From: Isurus oxyrinchus
Taxonomy: Eukaryota
Direction of reading: 5' to 3'
DNA: 64,000 nt
NCBI GenBank assembly: GCA_026770705.1
Contig: JANJGN010000007.1
Coordinates: 96,658,001 to 96,722,000 of the forward strand
In this document: positions 24,416-37,761 of the stretch, piece by piece
How positions within the stretch are numbered: position 1 is the stretch's first letter
Layout: each line of letters opens with the position of its first letter
The notes under the pieces: model-generated
The model's input: only the letters and a program-made list of their open reading frames with translations
The model's database searches: none
Told to the model about the DNA's origin: nothing
Translations under genes and position numbers: made by a program

Positions 24416-25444
24416 TGATCCGATTGGCATTGAGTATTGGATGCAATTAATGGAGCTTTTTTCATGTACATGTCTCTTTTAATGTTACATTTCAATGTAG
24501 GTTGTTTCATAGAGATTGATTTTCAATTTGGACTGATGCGGGGGTGTGGGCGGCGGGTGGGGTTGGGGTGTGCGGGGGTGTTGGGGGGGGGGTGGTTGGT
24601 GGCGGGGGGCGGAGGTGGCGAAACGAAGGCTAAATTAATAATTGGCACAACTCACAAATCCAAACGGGAAATGAACGTGCCTAATACTTTGTGGGAATGA
24701 TGGTATACTTAAAATGCAATATACACTGGAACACAGATCTGACTGTAGAGAAAAAAACAAATAAATAATGTAAATATATAATTCGTATGATGTGTGTTGT
24801 GCAAAAATGCGCTCTTCAACCACGATATTACGAGTGCCACATAAAACGAGTTAAGCAGCGTATCAGCGAAACTTCCGGTCTGTCATTGTTCACCAAAAGG
24901 CCGTAATGGCTGAGCTGATCACAGTTTGAATTAATATGCTCCAGGTGAAAGAAGAGCAAACTTATTCTGTTATTTGCTGTAAAGAACGTCATCGATTTTG
25001 CAGCTGACTGATAATATCTGCAAATGCTGAGGCCCTGGGCTTTTTAAAAATGACTTGCCTGGTAAATAACAACATCTATGATCGACCACAAGTGTGAAAC
25101 ACGGATGGGGAAACCGCAGCACGTATTGACTTGAAGTCAGTTCTATAATGCGTCTATGTGATTTAACACTGGGCTGAAAAGGATATGTTGCACAATAAAT
25201 TGCCGCAAAAGTGGTTCCTGGGGTTCACGTTCAGTTACTCGCATCATTGTTCATTCTTTCAAGTTGCGTGGAACTATCTAACCACAAGGTCGTTAAATGA
25301 AATTATAAAAATAGGGATTCAGTTAACATCTCTACATTTAGGTGACGCCAACCACAAGGAAGTCAGTAGCTGATGGGGTTGGCTGAAGAGCCTGGCAACA
25401 GTGCCAGAGGGACCTGAATGATCTTGTGCGTTCCCCCTACGTGA

Positions 25445-26880
25445 GCACGGCATCGCGTCAGCTGGTGGAATTAAATTGAGTTAATAAATCCGAAATTAAT
25501 TGGTTGGTATCGGTAATAGTGACGATGAAATCATTATCGGCTGCCGTAGAAATATCTGGTGCACTAATGTTCCTTATGGAAAGAAAACTGCTGTCCTTAG
25601 CTGGTCTGACCTACATGCGACTCCAGACCTACAGCAATGTGGCTGACCTCTGAAGTTGATTAGCAAACCACTAAGTTGTATTAGATATTTACAAGACCTA
25701 CAAAAAGGAATGGAACCAGACAGGCAAACTGGAATTGATCCAGGCACCGTAAACGACAATGGCAAACCCAGCCCAATCGACCTTGCAAAGTCCGCCATAC
25801 GAACATCTGGGCGCTAGTGCCAAATATGGGAGAAATGTGTCACAGACTAGTCAAGTAATAGCCTGACAGCGTCATACTCATGAAAGCAAACCTGGCAAAA
25901 AATGTCCCAGACACCACCATCCCTGGCTATGTTCTGTCCCACCAGCAGGACAGATCCGGCAGAGGTGGCAGCACAGTGGTATACAGTGGGGAGGGAGTTG
26001 CCCTGGGAGTCCTCAACATCGACTCTGGATACGATTAATTCTCATGGCATCGGGTCAAACATGGGCAAGGAAACCTCCTGCTGATTACCACGTACTGTAA
26101 TCAGTACTGATTTACCACGTACCAGCTGAGCAATCAGTGCTCCTCCATGTAAAGCACAACTTGGAGGAAGCACTGAGCGTAGCAAGGGCACAGATTGTAC
26201 TCTGGATAGGGGACCTCAATGTCCATCACCAGTAGCTCCACTACTGAACAAGCTGGCCGATTCCTGAAGGACATAGCCGCTGGACTGGGTCTGTGGCAAC
26301 TCCTGAGGGAAGCAAGGGGGAAAAACGCACTTAACCTCGTCCTAACAAATCCACCTGTTGCAGACACATCTGTTCATGGCAGTATACAAGTGGCCATCGC
26401 ACAGTCTTTGTGGAGATGAAGCCCACCTTCACAGAGAGGATACCCTCCATCGTGTTGTGTGACACCACCGCTGTGCAAAATGAGGTGGATTTAGAACAGA
26501 TGTAGAATCTCACAACTGAGCAGCCATGAGGTGCTGTGGACCATCGGCATGGCAGAATTGTATATGACCAGAATAAGTAACCACATGGCCTGGCATATCC
26601 TCCACTCTACCATTGCCACCAAACAGGGGATCAAACCTGGTTCAGTAAAGAATGAAGGAGGGCATGCCAGAAGCAGCACCAGGCATTCCTGAAAATGAGG
26701 TTTCAACCTGGTAAAGCTGCAACTCAATATTGAATTTTGCGTGCCAAACAGCAACAACAGCAAGTGATAGATAGGGCTACGTGATTCCACAACCAATGGA
26801 TCAGACCTAAGCTCTGCAGCCCTGCCACACCCCATCGTAAATATAGGTGACAATTAAACCACTGGAGGGGAATGGCTCAA
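25445..26880 (+). mobile_element. 5' part of the same LINE family: SINE-like head directly followed by endonuclease
   Basis: SINE body 25445-25680 contiguous with endonuclease-coding sequence (REARGKNALNLVLTN). Confidence 0.85.
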
Positions 26881-27067
26881 CCATGAGATTCCATTACCCT
26901 TCTCAGCGTTTTTCAGGCTGTTATTTTCTGTTCTAAAAACAAACAGTTATCAACTTTTTAATTAGTATTTTTCCATACTTCCTTTGGCACTTGAAACATA
27001 TCTCTTAATTTTGGTTGATCTAGGAAACAACTACAAATTTGAGTCCCTTGATAGTACACAAGTCAAA

Positions 27068-27310
27068 AATTGCTGAACAGAGGGACATGCTGCCGAAGCT
27101 TTTGGTTTTGCACTCATCAGGACAAACGCAAGAATTTCAAATTTAAAAGTAGCACAATAATTTACACTACAAGGAATAAATGAGTGCTGTTTTGGCTTAC
27201 AAGTCGACTCTGATTGGCGGAGCCGTAATTAAAAACAGGCGCAAGAATTGAACTCATTTGGTTTGCAGAAAACGGGTCCTTGCGCATGAATGTAGGTCAA
27301 CGAGCACTAG
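27068..27310 (-). mobile_element. Penelope-like pLTR fragment, family 2, with degenerate hammerhead at 27091-27124
   Basis: Homologous to 62005-62330; TGTC-CTGATGA-GT-GCAA-AAC-CAAA-AGCTT-C-GGCA. Confidence 0.7.
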
Positions 27311-27919
27311 AAAAGTAAAGGAATTGCCACCCCACAGTAACATTTCATCCTATTCTTTCTCCATAACGCAATGACATAGTTTCCATCTCATTGAGGTCAA
27401 TGGAAAGGAAAATGGAGGGGCATAAATTACGTTGAGCGATACCCCATTGCCCAATTCGACCATCACATTTGTGTTGGTTGTGAATGGATAAATTCATCCT
27501 GCAAGTAACTATGATATAATTCATAAAATATTTTATTGCAGTTACCGTGAATTGTTCGGCGTGTTTGTTATTTTGGGTGCCTTTCCTATACGGCATGCTT
27601 GGCACGGGCTTACATTGAAAACGTATTTTGTCCACTAAGCCATTCCAATGGCATTGTAGGGGCCTTTACTGCCTGCCCGCTTCACACTCAGGGTAAACCA
27701 TGCAAAACCGGCAAATAAAACAGCGTGCTACGTCTATTGTTTATTCTTCGCCCGGAGAACCCCATGTGGTTGGTTATTTGGCGACTGTCTATTGAATATT
27801 CCAAGTTTTTTTGAAATATTACATTGAATTTGCAGCATGGCAGTGATTAGGAGGAATATTGATTTAATGTTCCACTTTGAAGCTGGACTATTCACAATGC
27901 ATTATATGCACTTGTGACT

Positions 27920-28215
27920 TATTTTATTCATTCACGGGATGTGGGCTTTGCTGGCTCGGCCAGCATTTGTTGCCCATCCCTAATTGCCCTTGAGAAGGTG
28001 GTGGTGAGCTGCCTGCTTGAACCTCTGCAGTTCATGTGGTGTAGCTACACCCAGTGTGCTGCTAGGGAGGGAGTTCCAGGATTTTGACCCAGCAACAATA
28101 AAGGAATGGCGTTATATTTCCAAATCAGGATGGTGAGTAACTTGGGGTGGGGAGAGGACATCCAGGTGGTGGTGTTCCCTTCTATCTGCTGCCCCTGTCC
28201 TTCTTAATGGTAGAT
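27920..28215 (-). mobile_element. LINE 3' tail (same family as 22105)
   Basis: Nearly identical to 22110-22400. Confidence 0.85.
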
Positions 28216-28259
28216 GATCACTAGATGATTTGGTTGCTTCAACAGTTTTAGTTCTGTAT

Positions 28260-30080
28260 CATAGAAACATAGCATGGTGACAAAATGAAATCAGACATTT
28301 CGGCCCGTCGTATTTGAGGTGGCCCTCGGAAGGAGCAATTCACATTTTTCCACTTCCTGTCTTCTTCTCCTAGCCCTGCATATTTTTCCTCTTCAGATGA
28401 TAATCTAGTTCCTTTTGTATTCCCCACTTGAGACTGTCTCCATCACACCAACAGACAGTGCATTTCAGATCCTAACCACATGCAGTGCGAAAACAATCAT
28501 TTGGCCGCTGCATCTTTTCTTTAAGTCAGTGCCCTCTGGTTCTCGATATTTGTACCTTATCCACTCTGTCCACACTGCTCATTAGTTTGAATACGTCCAT
28601 AAAATCTCCTCTCAGCCTGCTCTTCTCCAAGGAGAACAGTCTTAAATACTCAAATCTATCTACATAACTGAAGTTCCGCATCCCTGGAAAAAATTTCGTG
28701 AATTTATTCTGCATCTTCTCTAATGCCTTCACAACTTTCTTACTGTGTGGTACCCAGAACTGGATTCAATACACCAGTTTAGCCCGAAACGGCGTTTTAT
28801 GAAAGCTTAAAATAATTTCTTGCTTATGTGTTCTATATTCCTATTCATAAAGCCCACGATGTCTTATGCTTTATTAACTGCTCCTCAACCTGTCCTACCA
28901 TCTTCAATGATTCATTTATATGTACATGCAGGTCCCTTTGCTCCTCTACCTCTCTTGGAATTGTACCCTCTATTTTACATTGTCAGTTTGCATTATTCCT
29001 ACCAAATTAATCACTTCATACTTATCTACATTGCAATTCATCTGCCACTTGTCCGCCCATTCCATCAACCTGTTTATATCGTCTTGAAGTATTACATTAT
29101 TCGCCTTGCACTTCACAATATTTCCAAGGCTCGTATCGCCTGCAGATTATGAAATTATGCCCTATCCACCAAGGTAACATGAATCGAGGAAGATCAGGGG
29201 TCCAAACACCAATCCCTGGGGAACTCCACTATAAACCTTCCTCCAGTCAGAAAATGAAGGGTTTACGAGTACTGTAAGTTTACTATTACTCAGTCAATTT
29301 TCTATCTTTGTTGCTTTTAGTTGTTAACCTTTAGCTCTAAATGTTGCTCACAAGTCTGTTGTGCATCACCTTATCAAATGCCTTTTCAACGTCATAGGAC
29401 AGATGCTGAGGCTAATACTGTTGATGTGGTATGCATGAACTATGCTCTGTCTACACTCGCCATGTGGCCCATCACTTTCATCAGGATTGAGAACTGAATA
29501 CAGGTTGCAGAGTGAGCTGCACTCGGGAGGCTTTTGAGCCTCCTGTCTGTTTCTTCTTGACTTCCCATTCCCTCTCTCCCCGCATACTCTTGAGTTGTGG
29601 GGTGACCCCATGCACAGAAAGGGGCTATACACGAAGCTCTCAGCGTAACCAATGCACCATAGTGATAACAGCTGTTTTCCAAGCTCAAAAATACGGATTT
29701 GCGCTGCTGCAACTGACAAAACCTCCCGCACATTTGATTATTCAAAACATGGGAAGTGCTCAGGAGTTAAACATAACACTGGATGTGAAATTAAGAGGTC
29801 GGCACTGTTCGAGTTATTAGGGAATAAACCTTACTACTGTTTATAAACATGATTACTTAAATTAAGACTCTTCAGCTACTCAGTTCTCTACTGTCGACGT
29901 CACTTAACTGTAGAAAATTAAGTGAATATTTTATTTTATCATTTTTTTTAAAATTTCCCAGTTCCTTAGACTAATTTGGTAACCTTGGAGAAACGGAAAC
30001 AAAGCTACAATACTCACCAGCTAATCAACTAACAGTCTTCCTCTGGTGTCACAGCTCAATTTTCTCTTCCAAATCCAGCG
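28260..30080 (-). mobile_element. CR1 LINE remnants (ORF2 3' part joined to ORF1 N-terminus and 5' UTR)
   Basis: SLEKSRLRGDFMDVFK; CGRFCQLQQ / RIFELGKQLLSLWCI. Confidence 0.8.
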
Positions 30081-30512
30081 CCTTCGTCCCCTTCCTCTGC
30101 CAAATATCGCAAGGCCCTGTCCCATTTCTTCCACTTTTATTTTTGACCATGGTCCCTTGAGCGGAATTTTCACAAACAAGAACGCTCAAATAATATAAAA
30201 AAAACACAAAGTGATCAAGTCGCTGCTGATCCGACAATGAAACTGTCGATATTTAAATACATTTTTTAATATCTGGGCGTTCAACAAATCTCTGCTTTGC
30301 AAACGTCCTCGGTGGGAGTTGCAAAACTGGAACAGCGAATCAAAAATCTCGCTTTTAAGACGGAACAACCACCTGGCACAGACAAGTTCCTCAACGGTCC
30401 GGCATAACATTCAACTATGGTATAACTATACGTGCCATTATAATAGTTGTCAGATCGGAATGTTTTCAACACTCAACTCAGTTAAGGATGTGCTGAGTTT
30501 GATGGCGCCGCA

Positions 30513-30526
30513 TCGGCAGGGGGCGC
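30513..30526 (+). promoter_or_regulatory. Candidate CTCF site
   Basis: TCGGCAGGGGGCGC, one mismatch to the CCRSYAGRKGGCRS core. Confidence 0.45.
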
Positions 30527-30585
30527 ACTTTCCGTGATGGCTTCAAAGATGGCATTGACAAACGGAAGTCGAGGAACAATTGACT

Positions 30586-30694
30586 CGAAACTTTAACCCC
30601 GTTAATCTCTGCACAGATGCTGTCAGACCTGCTGAATTTTTCCAGCAATTTTTGTTTCGTTTCAGATTTCCAGCATCCGCAGTATTTTATTTTT
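30586..30694 (+). mobile_element. Penelope-like pLTR fragment with 11-bp TSD AACAATTGACT
   Basis: TSD at 30575-30585 and 30695-30705. Confidence 0.8.
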
Positions 30695-30829
30695 AACAAT
30701 TGACTGAAGTCTTCGTGAAGCTGTATACAATGAAGTACCTGAAGCTGGAGTAGTTAACGTTTAGTGAATTTTGAAGTATTTTCTGTTATCCCAATCACTT
30801 CAAGTTATTATAATAGGATGCGAATTTAT

Positions 30830-31215
30830 TTTCTTTGTTCTTTAATGGGATGTGGGTGTCCACCCTTAATTTCCCTTGAACTGAATGGTTTGGTCGGACA
30901 TTTCAGACGGCAGTCAATATGTCACCATTTTGCTGTGGATCTGGAGTAACTTTTACGCCAGGCCGGGTAAGGATGGCATATTTCTTTTCTTAAGGCACGC
31001 TAGTGAACCGGGTGGGTTTTTACAACATTCAATAACGGTTTGATGGTCACCATGACTGAGGCCAGTTTTATATTCCAGGTTCATTGATTGAGTTTAAATT
31101 CAATCAGCTGTTGGGAGGCGAGGGGTGGATTTGAACCTATGACCCTAAGAAAATTAACCTGGGCTTCTCTGGATTATGAGCCCAGTGATGTTACTACTAG
31201 GCCACCATCGCCCGC
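30830..31215 (-). mobile_element. tRNA-headed SINE
   Basis: B box GGTTCAAATCC on the minus strand near 31126-31136; same body as 16868. Confidence 0.85.
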
Positions 31216-32504
31216 TTGGGCAGTCGCTGACGGAAACTACGCTTTCGATCAACAATCGGAAACTCAACGACGCGGGAAGGGAAAAACCGTGCGGGATGGG
31301 GTTTGGGTAGCAAGGGACAGGGGAGAGGGGCCGGAGAGCGCTGGGAACGAGACAGAACAGGGCTCTTTGATAGGCACGCTTTGAATGGCGTCACTTCGCG
31401 CAGGCGTACACCCGTTCTGGCACCACATCGCTAATGCGAGCTGGGTGCGCATGCAAATTGTTCCTGGCGCCGGGCACATTGGCGTCAGGAGTAACAGTGT
31501 AACGTATAATGGTCTGCCATTATCGAGGTTTCCTTTATTTTATAAACATACAGCTGAGACCTTAACCTTAAACGGACACTATTTTGAATTCCTCCACTAA
31601 CATCATCTCGTTAAGGTCATGGCAACTCTGTTCCACCTTCATCGACCTACATCACCTATGGAACACTGTTTCCATTTTGCTGACGATTTCTACGTAAGTC
31701 ATTCACAAATTTCTTCTGTACGACGTAATATTAGTGGACTCATCAATTAAAGCAAATAACACAAAATGAAATACCTGTTTCATATTTGAAAAGAAACAGA
31801 TAGTTAGCAGATATAAATAGAAGTGAGGAGATTTGTTGACCAAAGGCTCATCAAAAGTAGAGGAAGCATTTTGCGAAATTCCATATTTAGAATTTAGGAT
31901 CGAATATGTTGAAAACGCAAAATAATCAATCCTAGATCTTACGTAGAGGGATCACTGCTACAGTCTACTATAAAAGAGGGCTTGATTGTAATATGTAGAG
32001 ATGAACCTGCACATATAAGAACATGCGAAAGAAGTGCGCTCAATCGCCCGCGCTGAAATAATTGAAAAATGCAATTTTATATGGACTGAACTTGGAAGGA
32101 AATGACTTTTCAGTACTGGCATTTGAATTATCTAGTAGGTGGAATTAATATTGCAATTATTTTGGCCGTACTCTGACCGATACTCCGTGTTTACAAAGTA
32201 AACGTCATGGAATACTAAGAAGACCGAATATAAAAAAAAATGATCGTAAAAGAGGCCGAATATCCAAAAGCTTCTAATCCAAATGATATGAATACAATAT
32301 GCATACCTTAATTACATTATGCTTCATCTGAGCCCTGAACAATACATAGCATGACATGCTGAAACATGAGTCTATTCAGGTATCATAATCAGCCATGATG
32401 GGTAACAAAAAAAAATTCCATTCATGTAACACGTTACGCAACCACCCGACACTTTCAATGTGTTTTACAGCGACTGAAGTACTTTTGAAGTGTAGTGACA
32501 TTTT

Positions 32505-35500
32505 TATATTCTTTCACTGGATGTGGGCGTTGCTGGCTTGCCCATCCAAAAGTGCCCTTGGGAAGGTGGTGGAGACCAACATGTTGAACCGCAGCCGCCC
32601 ATGTGGTGTAGGTACACCCACAGTGCTATCAGGAAGGGAGATCCAGGAATTTGACCCACCAACAGTGAAAGAATGGCCGATATAGTTCAAAATCAGGATG
32701 GCTTGTGGCTTGCAGGGGTTCTTGCAGTTGGTGGTGTTCCCATTCATCTGCTGCCCTTGTCCTTCTAGGTGGTAAAGGTCGTAGGTTTAACAGGTGCTGC
32801 CTAACGTATCTTGGTGAATTCTTGCAGTGCACCTTGTAGATAGTACACATTGCTGCCACTGTGCATTGGTGGTGGAGGGAGCGAATGTTTGTGCCTGGGG
32901 TGCCAATTAAGCAGGATACTTTCCCCTGGATGGTGTTGACCTTTTTGAGTGTTGTGGGAGCTGAACTCATCCGGGCAAGTGGGGAGAGTTCCATCACCCT
33001 TCTGACTTGTGCCTTGTGGATGGTGGACAGACATTGGGAAGTCAGGAGGTGAGTTACTCGCCATTGGATTCTCAGCCTCTGACCTTCCCTTGTATCCACC
33101 GTATTTATATGGCTAGTACAGTTCAGTTTGTGATCAATGGTTGCCCGCAGGGTGTAGATAGTTGGGAGATACAGTGGTGGTTATAGCATTAAATGTCAAG
33201 GGGAAATGGTTTGATTCTCTCCTGTTTGGGATGGTTAATACCAGGCACTTACGTGGCACAAATTTAATTTGCCACCTAACAGCACAAGCCTGAATGTTTT
33301 CCAAGACTTGCTTCATTTCCGCATGGTGTGCTTCATCCGAGGAGTCAGGAAAGGCCCTGGACATTGTGCAATCGTCAGGAAACACCCCCGCTTCTGAACT
33401 TATGGAGAGAATGTAATTGATCAAGCAGCTGAAGATGGTTGGGCCTAGAACACTGCCCTGTGGAACTCCTGTAATGATGCCCTGGAACTGAAATGATTGA
33501 TGTGCACCAACCACAATCATCTTCCTTTGTGCTATACATGACTCCAAGCAGTGAAGAGGTTCCCCCCTGACGCCCTACGACTTCAGTATTTCTAGGGCCG
33601 CCTGATGCCACACTTGGTCAATTGCTTCCTTGATGTCCAGGGCAGTTACTGTCACCTCACCTCCTGATTGTACATTTCGGTCCATGTTTGGGCGAAGGCT
33701 GTCAAGAGGTCAATAGCCGAGAGGTTCCAGAAAAAAAACCAAACTGAGCGTCAGCAGGTTATTTCTGAGGAAGTGCTGATTGATAGCGCAGTCCACGACC
33801 TCCTCAATCACTTTGCTGATGACGATGAGTAGACTGATGGGTGGTAATTGGCTGGTTTGGATTGTCCTGCTGTCTTTCATACAGAGCATACCTGGGCAAT
33901 TTTTCACATTGTTGGGCAGATGTCAATGTTTTAGCGGTACTGGAACTGCTTGGCTTGACGCAGGGCCAGTTCTCTTGTCAGAACCCATGGCTTTTACAGT
34001 ATCCAGTGCCTTCAGCCCTTTCTTGATATCACGTGGAGTGAATCGAATAGGCTGAAGGCTGGCATCTGTGATGATTGGGACCTCTGGAGGAGGCCAAGTT
34101 TCATCATCCGCTTGGCACCTCTGGCTGAAGATGGTTGCAAATACTTCGGTCTAAACTTTTGCACTGATATTCCGGGCTCCCCCACTATTGAAGATTTGTG
34201 GAACCTCCTCCTCCAATTCGTTGTTTAATTGTCCAGCACCACTAACGACTGGATGTGGGAGGACTGCAGAGCTTATATCTGATCTGTTGGTCTGGGATCA
34301 CTTAACTTTGTCTATCTCTTGCTGCTTATGCTGTTTGGCACGCAGGTAGTCCTGTGTTGTAGCTTCAGTAAGTTGACATCTCGTTTTAGGTTTGCCTGGT
34401 GCTGCCTTTGTCATGTCCTTTTGCAATTTTGATTGAACCAAGGTTAATCTGCTGGCTTGCTGTTACTCGAGTTGTGTGGTACAGATTGTGATCATACACA
34501 ATTCTGATGCTGCTAATGGCCCACAGTGCCTCATGGATGGCCATTTTTAAGTGGCCAATTCTGTTCAAAAGCTATGCCACTTAGCACAGTGGGAGTATGA
34601 TGGAGGGCATCCTCAGTGTGCATATTGGACTTTGTCTCCTCAAGGACTGTGTGGCGTTCACTCCTGTCATAACTGTACAGATTCATCTGCGAGTGGTAGA
34701 TTGGAGAAGATGAAGTCTAGTGTGTTTTTTGCTTTTGTTGGCTCCCTCACCACCTGCCACAGGCTGAGTCCAGCAGCTATGTCCTTTAGGACTCGGCCAG
34801 CTTGGTCAGTAGTGGTGGTACCGAGCTACTCTTGGTGATGGTCATTGAAGTCCCCCTCGCAGAGTACATTCTGCACCGTTGCCACACTCAACGCCTCGTC
34901 CAAGCGATGTTCAGCATGAGGAGTACTGATCCATCAGCTGAGGGGCTGAAAGGTGGGGGGATGGGAGGGTGATGTTGGTGCAGTAAGTGGTAATCAGTGG
35001 AAACTTCCTTGCCCATGTTTAGCTTAATGCCATGAGAAAACATGGGGTCTGGAGTCAATGTTGAGGCCTCCCAGGGCTACCCACCCGATTGTATACCACT
35101 GTGCCGCAACTTCTGCTGGTTCTGTCCTGATAGTGTGACGGGACGTACCCAAAGGTGATGATTGTGGTGTCTGATGTTACCTGTAAGGTATGATTTCATG
35201 AGGATGACTATGTCAGATTCTTGTTGACCAGTCTGTGAGACAGCTCTCCAAATTTTGGCACAAGCCCCCAAATGTTAGAAGGATGAATTTTGTAGGAACG
35301 ACAGGCCTGAGTTTGCCTTTGTCATTTCTGGTATCTAGGTCGATGCCGGGTGATCAGTCGAGGCTCTCTTTTTTGCGGCATTTTAGTGGTTGCATACAAC
35401 TGAGTGGTTTGCTAATCCATTTCAGAGGGCATTTAAGAGTCAACCGCGTTGCTGTGGGTCTGGAGTTGCATGTAGACTAAGCCAGATAGTCCAGGCAGAT

Positions 35501-35925
35501 TTCCTTACCTAAAGGACATTAGTGAATCAGATGGGTTTTTACAGCAATTGACGATGGTTTCATGATCACTATTACCATGACCGGACAGTTAAATCCAGAT
35601 TCATTAAGTGCCTTTAAATTCCACCAGCTGCCCTGGTTGGATTTCAACCCTTGCTCCCAGACCATTGGCCTGGACCTCTGGACTACAAAATAAAAACAGA
35701 AAATGCTGGAAAAACTCAGCAGGTTTGACAGTATCTGTGGATAGAGAAACTGAGTTAACGTTTCGAGTCCGTATGGCTTTTTCAGAGCTCGGAACGTTAA
35801 CTCTGTTTCTCCCTCCACAGATACTGTCAGACCTGCTAAGTTTTTCCAGCATTTTCTGTTTTTATTTCAGATTTCCAGCACCCGCAGTACTTTGCTTTTA
35901 CCTCTAGATTGCTAGTCCATTTACA
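32505..35925 (-). mobile_element. Near full-length CR1-group LINE with tRNA/SINE-like 5' head, degraded
   Basis: Head 35340-35925, endonuclease, RT (ITGVPQGSVLGPTIFSCLIN, FPDD), 3' tail at 32505. Confidence 0.9.
35686..35900. mobile_element. Penelope-like inverted pLTR pair nested in the LINE head
   Basis: Inverted arms; diverged TSD cctctggact / cctctagatt; hammerhead remnant on the minus strand ~35752-35789. Confidence 0.8.
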
Positions 35926-36049
35926 GTAATGTGGGAGACTCGGCAGCCAAATTAAGTGCCGAAAACTCCAACCAACCGCTTTGTAATAGCGACCATGTTA
36001 TCCGTTACTGTCGGATAACTTCTCTATTTTACACCTCGGATTCTTTCAG

Positions 36050-36215
36050 ATCCACCAAGCAGGCCGACGGGGCCTTTGTTTCACGTCTCTTCTGAAAAAC
36101 GACACTTCCAACAGTGCGGCACACCGTCAGTCATTGATTATCCTGCTCAGGTCCTGGGATAGGACTTGAACCGGAACATTAGAATTCAGAAGTGAGAGTG
36201 TTACCAATTGGGCAA
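36050..36215 (-). mobile_element. Deu-domain SINE (SacSINE1/AmnSINE1-related) fragment
   Basis: gacggggcctttgtttcacgtctcttctgaaaaacgacacttccaacagtgc resembles the Deu core as recalled; B-box-like ggacttgaacc. Confidence 0.65.
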
Positions 36216-37049
36216 CAATTGTTTTCTGTTTAAAACAACGGCCACGTATTTGTTAGATATCCAGTAGCTTGATGTAAGCTAATTATATTTCTAATTTCAT
36301 TCATTAAAACTGACACAAATTGCAGTCGCCACGGCGATTGGGTATGAACTGCTTTATGTTATGTGAGATCTTAATGTAATTTCTGCTGAGCCTGCAAATG
36401 GGGTTAATCTTAGAAACTGTGGGGTAAATTTTCAAGATTTTGCTCCCGACTAAATTTGGCATTTTACATTTCAATGGAATTTGGGCGATATCTGTAACGA
36501 ACGATCCAAACTTATCGCACGTTTAACGGCGGGATGAAAGGTTGCAAAACTATTCCATTGCAAGTATACTTTCTGACGTAATTCCGAATTCGGAATATAC
36601 CAGCGTGAAGCCACTGGGTTTGCTTATGTTTTGTGTGCGACGCTGGTCCAATTATGGTACAATATTTGACCATGGAAGACTATTATTCCCCTCTGTCTCC
36701 TGCCATCAAATTTAATCGTTCAAGAGGATATTACTGGAAATCAATGCTAGAGTGTTTACAACAACGCCTTTCCAAAATTATATGCAATAGTCTGTATTTA
36801 GTGTTATTAGGAATGCACTGGCGTTCATCGCAACTCAGGCTAAGTACATCGGCATTATGCTGCATTTGATGGTACTTTTTTGTCGATAAATATTAATTAA
36901 CATAAAACATAATTACGATCATCAGCAGGAGGATCATTCGGTTTTGTGAACGGGATAATTCAGAAGTGCTTGCCGTGCTTGTGATTAAAGGCCCTTACTC
37001 AAGGTCGCCTATTGAATGGACAATGCTTTAATCAGTAGATCCGAATCGT

Positions 37050-37240
37050 TACCACAGAAAGTAGTTGAGACCCAAGCATTGTATGTTTTCAAGGAGTTAG
37101 ATATAGCTTTTGGGGTAAAAGGGATCAAAGGGTATGGGGAGAAAGCGGGAGCAGTCTTATGAGTTGGATGATCAACCATGAGCATAATGAATGGCGGAGC
37201 AGGCTCGAAGGGCCGACTGGCCTAGTCCTGCTCCTCGTTT
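37050..37240 (+). mobile_element. CR1 3' end
   Basis: gaatggcggagcaggctcgaagggccga...cctgctcct terminus. Confidence 0.8.
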
Positions 37241-37597
37241 CAATGTTAATGAGGAGCACTGGCTAATCGCAGGTTCGAATCCGAATGGGTGGTAAGTACT
37301 TGCCTCAATGTGTGAAATAGTTTCGACCACATCCGTTCCCTTAGACTCAGTTGTTACACATTCTGTGTGACTTCAATTTGATTGCCAGCTCTGAGGCTGT
37401 TTGAGTGAAAGAACAGATTTATTTATAAACAACGTGTGTTGGTTTTGTAGCCTTATATATCACATTTGGTTATCAGAAGGCATCTCACCACCACCTTCTG
37501 AAGGGCGATTCGGGATGGGCAATAAATTCTGGCCCAGCCAGCGACGCCCGCACCACATGACCGAATATATATTTAAACAAATACTACAAGCTGCGAA

Positions 37598-37761
37598 AAC
37601 AAAAACAGAATTGCCTGGAAAAACTCAGCAGGTCTGGCAGCATCGGCGGAGAAGAAAAGAGTTGACGTTTCGAGTCCTCATGATCCTGCCAGACCTATTT
37701 TTTTCCAGGTAATTCTGTTTTTGTTTTGGATTTCCAGCATCCGCAGTTTTTTTGTTTTTAT
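37598..37761. mobile_element. Young Penelope-like inverted pLTR mini-insertion with 16-bp TSD TACTACAAGCTGCGAA
   Basis: TSD at 37582-37597 and 37762-37777; arms match 47844-48688. Confidence 0.9.

Noticed and set aside
37255-37290. Perfect B box GGTTCGAATCC (possible tRNA)
   Set aside because: No A box or cloverleaf could be built around it.
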